Assembly: GCA_965644315.1 (NCBI GenBank) | Contig: CBFFRQ010000112.1 | Coordinates: 1 to 8,547, forward strand | Length of the DNA: 8,547 nucleotides | Direction of reading: 5' to 3' | Source: Caecitellus pseudoparvulus | Lineage: Eukaryota; Protista; Bigyra: Bicosoecida | Part shown: one piece after another, positions 7,667 through 8,547 of the stretch | How positions within the stretch are numbered: position 1 is the stretch's first letter | Layout: every line of letters starts with the position of its first letter | Position numbers and translations under genes: made by a program | The notes under the pieces: generated by a model | What the model was told of the DNA's origin: nothing | The model's database searches: none | The model's input: only the letters and a program-made list of their open reading frames with translations

Positions 7667-8547
7667 ATAAGCTGCACCGTTGCTGTGAACGTGACCTGAA
7701 TAGAGTCAGCTCGATGTATTGAGTTTAGCCCTCCACCCCCCTGTCACACTCACTCCACTATCCCCACAACTCATTCAAGGGAACATTGCATCGCTCTATT
7801 GGGCCGCCATACCGCCCAAAGTGCCCCTTTCAATCCACTCCCTGGTCAATTTGCAACCCTGCTCCCTCTGCTGCTTTCGTATCAGACACTACAATCAGAT
7901 CAACGCCGATACTTGAGCAAGGTGCTTGCTCCTCTCCATGTAAGGCGTCCGAGATACACTTTGATCTGCGTTGACGCTGAATATCGGCTGTGCTTTCCCC
8001 CTCGCTGAGATTAAGTCTGTTACCTTCATAGCCACATGCACTTTCTAATCTCCAGCTTGGAAGGTCAGATCAAGCAAAGCGCTCAACAGGCACTCAACAG
8101 ACTCGGCATGCAAGCCTCTCCATAGTTTCTGTATACCGACGCTGCTCATCGCACAGCCGCCCCACCCGAAACACACGAGATGGCACGTGAGGCAGGCATG
8201 ATGGGCAGGGACAGGTGCGCGTGGACGCGGATTGAACTGTCCGAGGCAATGGAGTTCAGCTGGTAGCAGCGCCATGACGACTGGCAAGCTGGTGTGGCTG
8301 GCTCTGACCCTACAACTGCAAGCGGATGCGGCCGAGCGGGTGGTGTGGCTGGCTCCCGCGGAGGAGGACGGCGCCCTCCTTGACATAGCCTCTACCCTGC
8401 CTCTTCTGGCTCACACACTGACCAGCACGTGACAGGGCGACCTGCTGACGCTGGCCCTGTGCGGCGGTGCCCTGATCCTGCCCTACCCACGGCAGCCCTG
8501 CCTTCCATGCCGCACAACGCAAAGGGAGTATGCGCGGCCCCCCAACA

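Noticed and set aside
1793-8075. 13-bp direct repeat GGTCAGATCAAGC at 1793-1805 and 8063-8075 as a target-site duplication
   Set aside because: There are no inverted termini inside it, and one 13-mer match in a window this size is plausible by chance.

Overview
GC-rich, apparently eukaryotic (protist-like) window with three main parts. (1) On the minus strand at the left is a secreted or surface leucine-rich-repeat gene: signal peptide, Cys cap and about 12 mostly 25-aa LRRs with a VLR-like LTSLPPGVFDxL consensus. It probably continues leftwards through an intron. (2) A roughly 2.8 kb minus-strand region is split by the ORF track into many short ORFs. Read across frameshifts and stops, it reconstructs a large DDE transposase pseudogene with D(ISVDWTF)...D(VDN)...DPWH...E(GGNESLH), most like Zisupton/Dileera-type (Mutator-like DxxH class) transposases. 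(3) Directly head-to-head with it on the plus strand is an intronless gene made of 13.5 tandem 114-bp units encoding a 38-aa ankyrin-like repeat, with an almost invariant scaffold and a few hypervariable positions. No RNA genes, CRISPR arrays or convincing element termini were found. Family assignments come from motif recognition only; no searches were run.
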